From: an uncultured Chitinophagaceae bacterium
Lineage (GTDB): Bacteria > Bacteroidota > Bacteroidia > Chitinophagales > LD1
Assembly (NCBI GenBank): GCA_964620795.1
Contig: CAZUHX010000007.1
Span: 1-36,360, forward strand
Reading direction: 5' to 3'
DNA length: 36,360 bases
Made by a program: the position numbers and the translations under genes. Positions 35,848 through 36,360 of the stretch are shown piece after piece (positions within the stretch are counted from its first letter, which is position 1; the number at the start of each line of letters is the position of its first letter). The notes below the pieces were generated by a model. It saw only the letters and a list, made by a program, of their open reading frames with translations. It did no database searches and had not been told where the DNA came from.

Positions 35848-35879
35848 TTTAAATCAATAATATAATTTTTGATTTAAAT
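35847..35879. repeat. AT-rich perfect 10-bp inverted repeat at the tsaD stop codon
   Basis: ATTTAAATCA (35847-35856) and TGATTTAAAT (35870-35879) with a 13-nt spacer. Possibly a weak terminator hairpin or a protein-binding palindrome. Confidence 0.3.
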
Positions 35880-36081
35880 GTATTTATCAGCCTGGCGGCT
35901 GTGCTTATGCTGAAGTCTTAGAATTTGCTGTTCACTCTCTCGCCGGGCTGCCGCCGGGGACGGTTTGCTTTTGTATATTGATTCATTCCGATTTGTTTTG
36001 TTATTTTATCGCATAATCTTTTTTTTGGGACTTTGCTCTCCATGTTAATGCCTCCTGCAACATTCATGTAATCTGTAAGTG

Positions 36082-36278
36082 GGAATGCCTGCGCCAGGGG
36101 CTGAAAGGGCCGGCCGCAGGCCGGGAGCCGCCAGGCTCCGGAGCGAAGAGTAGCCCTGAAAGACCCGATCTCCGCGGGGCGGCTTGGGTGGGAGGGTGGG
36201 GAACGAAATGGCAGTCTGCAGGCACAGCCGGCAGACGATTGGTTTAACTCAGACAGAGCCCCGCGGGGAGGCGCCTTC
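36082..36278. repeat. G+C-rich multi-hairpin intergenic element, copy C (largest)
   Basis: 74 of 100 nt are G+C over 36091-36190 by hand count. Hairpins: CCGGCC-GCA-GGCCGG (36110-36124), GAGCC-GCCA-GGCTC (36125-36138), CGGAG...CTCCG (36139-36143 / 36170-36174) and GTCTGC...GCAGAC (36214-36219 / 36231-36236). The motif order is shared with copy B. Confidence 0.55.
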
Positions 36279-36313
36279 AAAAAATAAAAAACCCGGCCTT
36301 TGCAGACCGGGTT
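36279..36313 (-). terminator. Intrinsic terminator for a minus-strand gene that ends at the right window edge
   Basis: The minus strand reads AACCCGGUCU-GCAA-AGGCCGGGUU followed by UUUUAUUUUUU. A minus-strand stop lies just upstream, either TAA at 36335-36337 or TGA at 36315-36317 depending on frame. That gene is too truncated to call. Confidence 0.7.
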
Positions 36314-36360
36314 CTCATATCACAAAAAATGATATTAGTTCCAGAAGCAATATCCGTTTT

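Noticed and set aside
35848-36334. Identity of the structured spacer with RNase P RNA, tmRNA, SRP (4.5S) RNA or 6S RNA.
   Set aside because: None of the family hallmarks was found on either strand. There is no GAGGAAAGTCC-type P4 sequence, no tRNA-like GGTTCGA T-arm with an ACCA end or tag ORF, and no GGAAG/AGCAGC SRP domain IV motif. The presence of two related copies elsewhere also argues against a single-copy housekeeping RNA.
36335-36360. Partial minus-strand CDS at the right edge, ending ...NGYCFWN*.
   Set aside because: Only 8 codons are visible, and another frame ends equally plausibly at 36315-36317. The terminator shows that a gene ends here, but it cannot be called.
1-36360. CRISPR arrays, insertion sequences, integrases, prophage genes, toxin-antitoxin pairs and known defence systems.
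   Set aside because: I found no regularly spaced repeat array, no transposase-, integrase- or phage-like protein in any frame of the ORF track, and no small two-gene cassettes with TA-like features.

Overview
This looks like a chromosomal window from a Bacteroidota genome. Supporting evidence: three proteins with T9SS C-terminal sorting domains, TonB-dependent receptors with carboxypeptidase-regulatory N-domains, TAnnTTTG -7 promoter boxes, and the tuf / tRNA-Trp / secE / nusG / rplK / rplA / rplJ block.

Gene content left to right:
- 1-3773: the translation block, which ends at rplJ with a terminator; rplL-rpoBC do not follow.
- 4081-9484: a TonB-dependent receptor divergent from two paralogous T9SS-secreted proteins. 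The first is interrupted by an in-frame TGA.
- 9624-11017: a DUF962 membrane protein and a DUF1571/LysM protein.
- 11540-15121: a phosphate cluster of DUF47 regulator, PiT transporter and tRNA-Leu(GAG), divergent from a T9SS-sorted purple-acid-type phosphatase.
- 15180-18097: a DUF58 protein and a trxB / START-domain / trxA string.
- 18182-21507: a TonB-dependent receptor with a DUF4249 lipoprotein.
- 21584-23296: a DinB-family protein and a Cys/Met PLP enzyme.
- 23353-28690: a tight four-gene cluster of an 1173-aa uncharacterised outer-membrane protein, an alpha/beta hydrolase, SCO1 and cytochrome c.
- 28726-35847: cysteine desulfurase, TamB and tsaD.

I saw no transposase, integrase, CRISPR array, rRNA or recognisable defence gene.

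The least explained signal is a family of three very G+C-rich, multi-hairpin intergenic elements at about 3833-4015, 11355-11500 and 36082-36278. They share an ordered set of motifs and one orientation, and each abuts a minus-strand intrinsic terminator in a convergent spacer. I cannot match them to any RNA or repeat family I know.

The second notable item is the in-frame TGA at 7022-7024. It aligns exactly with a Cys codon in the neighbouring paralog.

All product calls come from motif and family recognition by eye; no searches were run.
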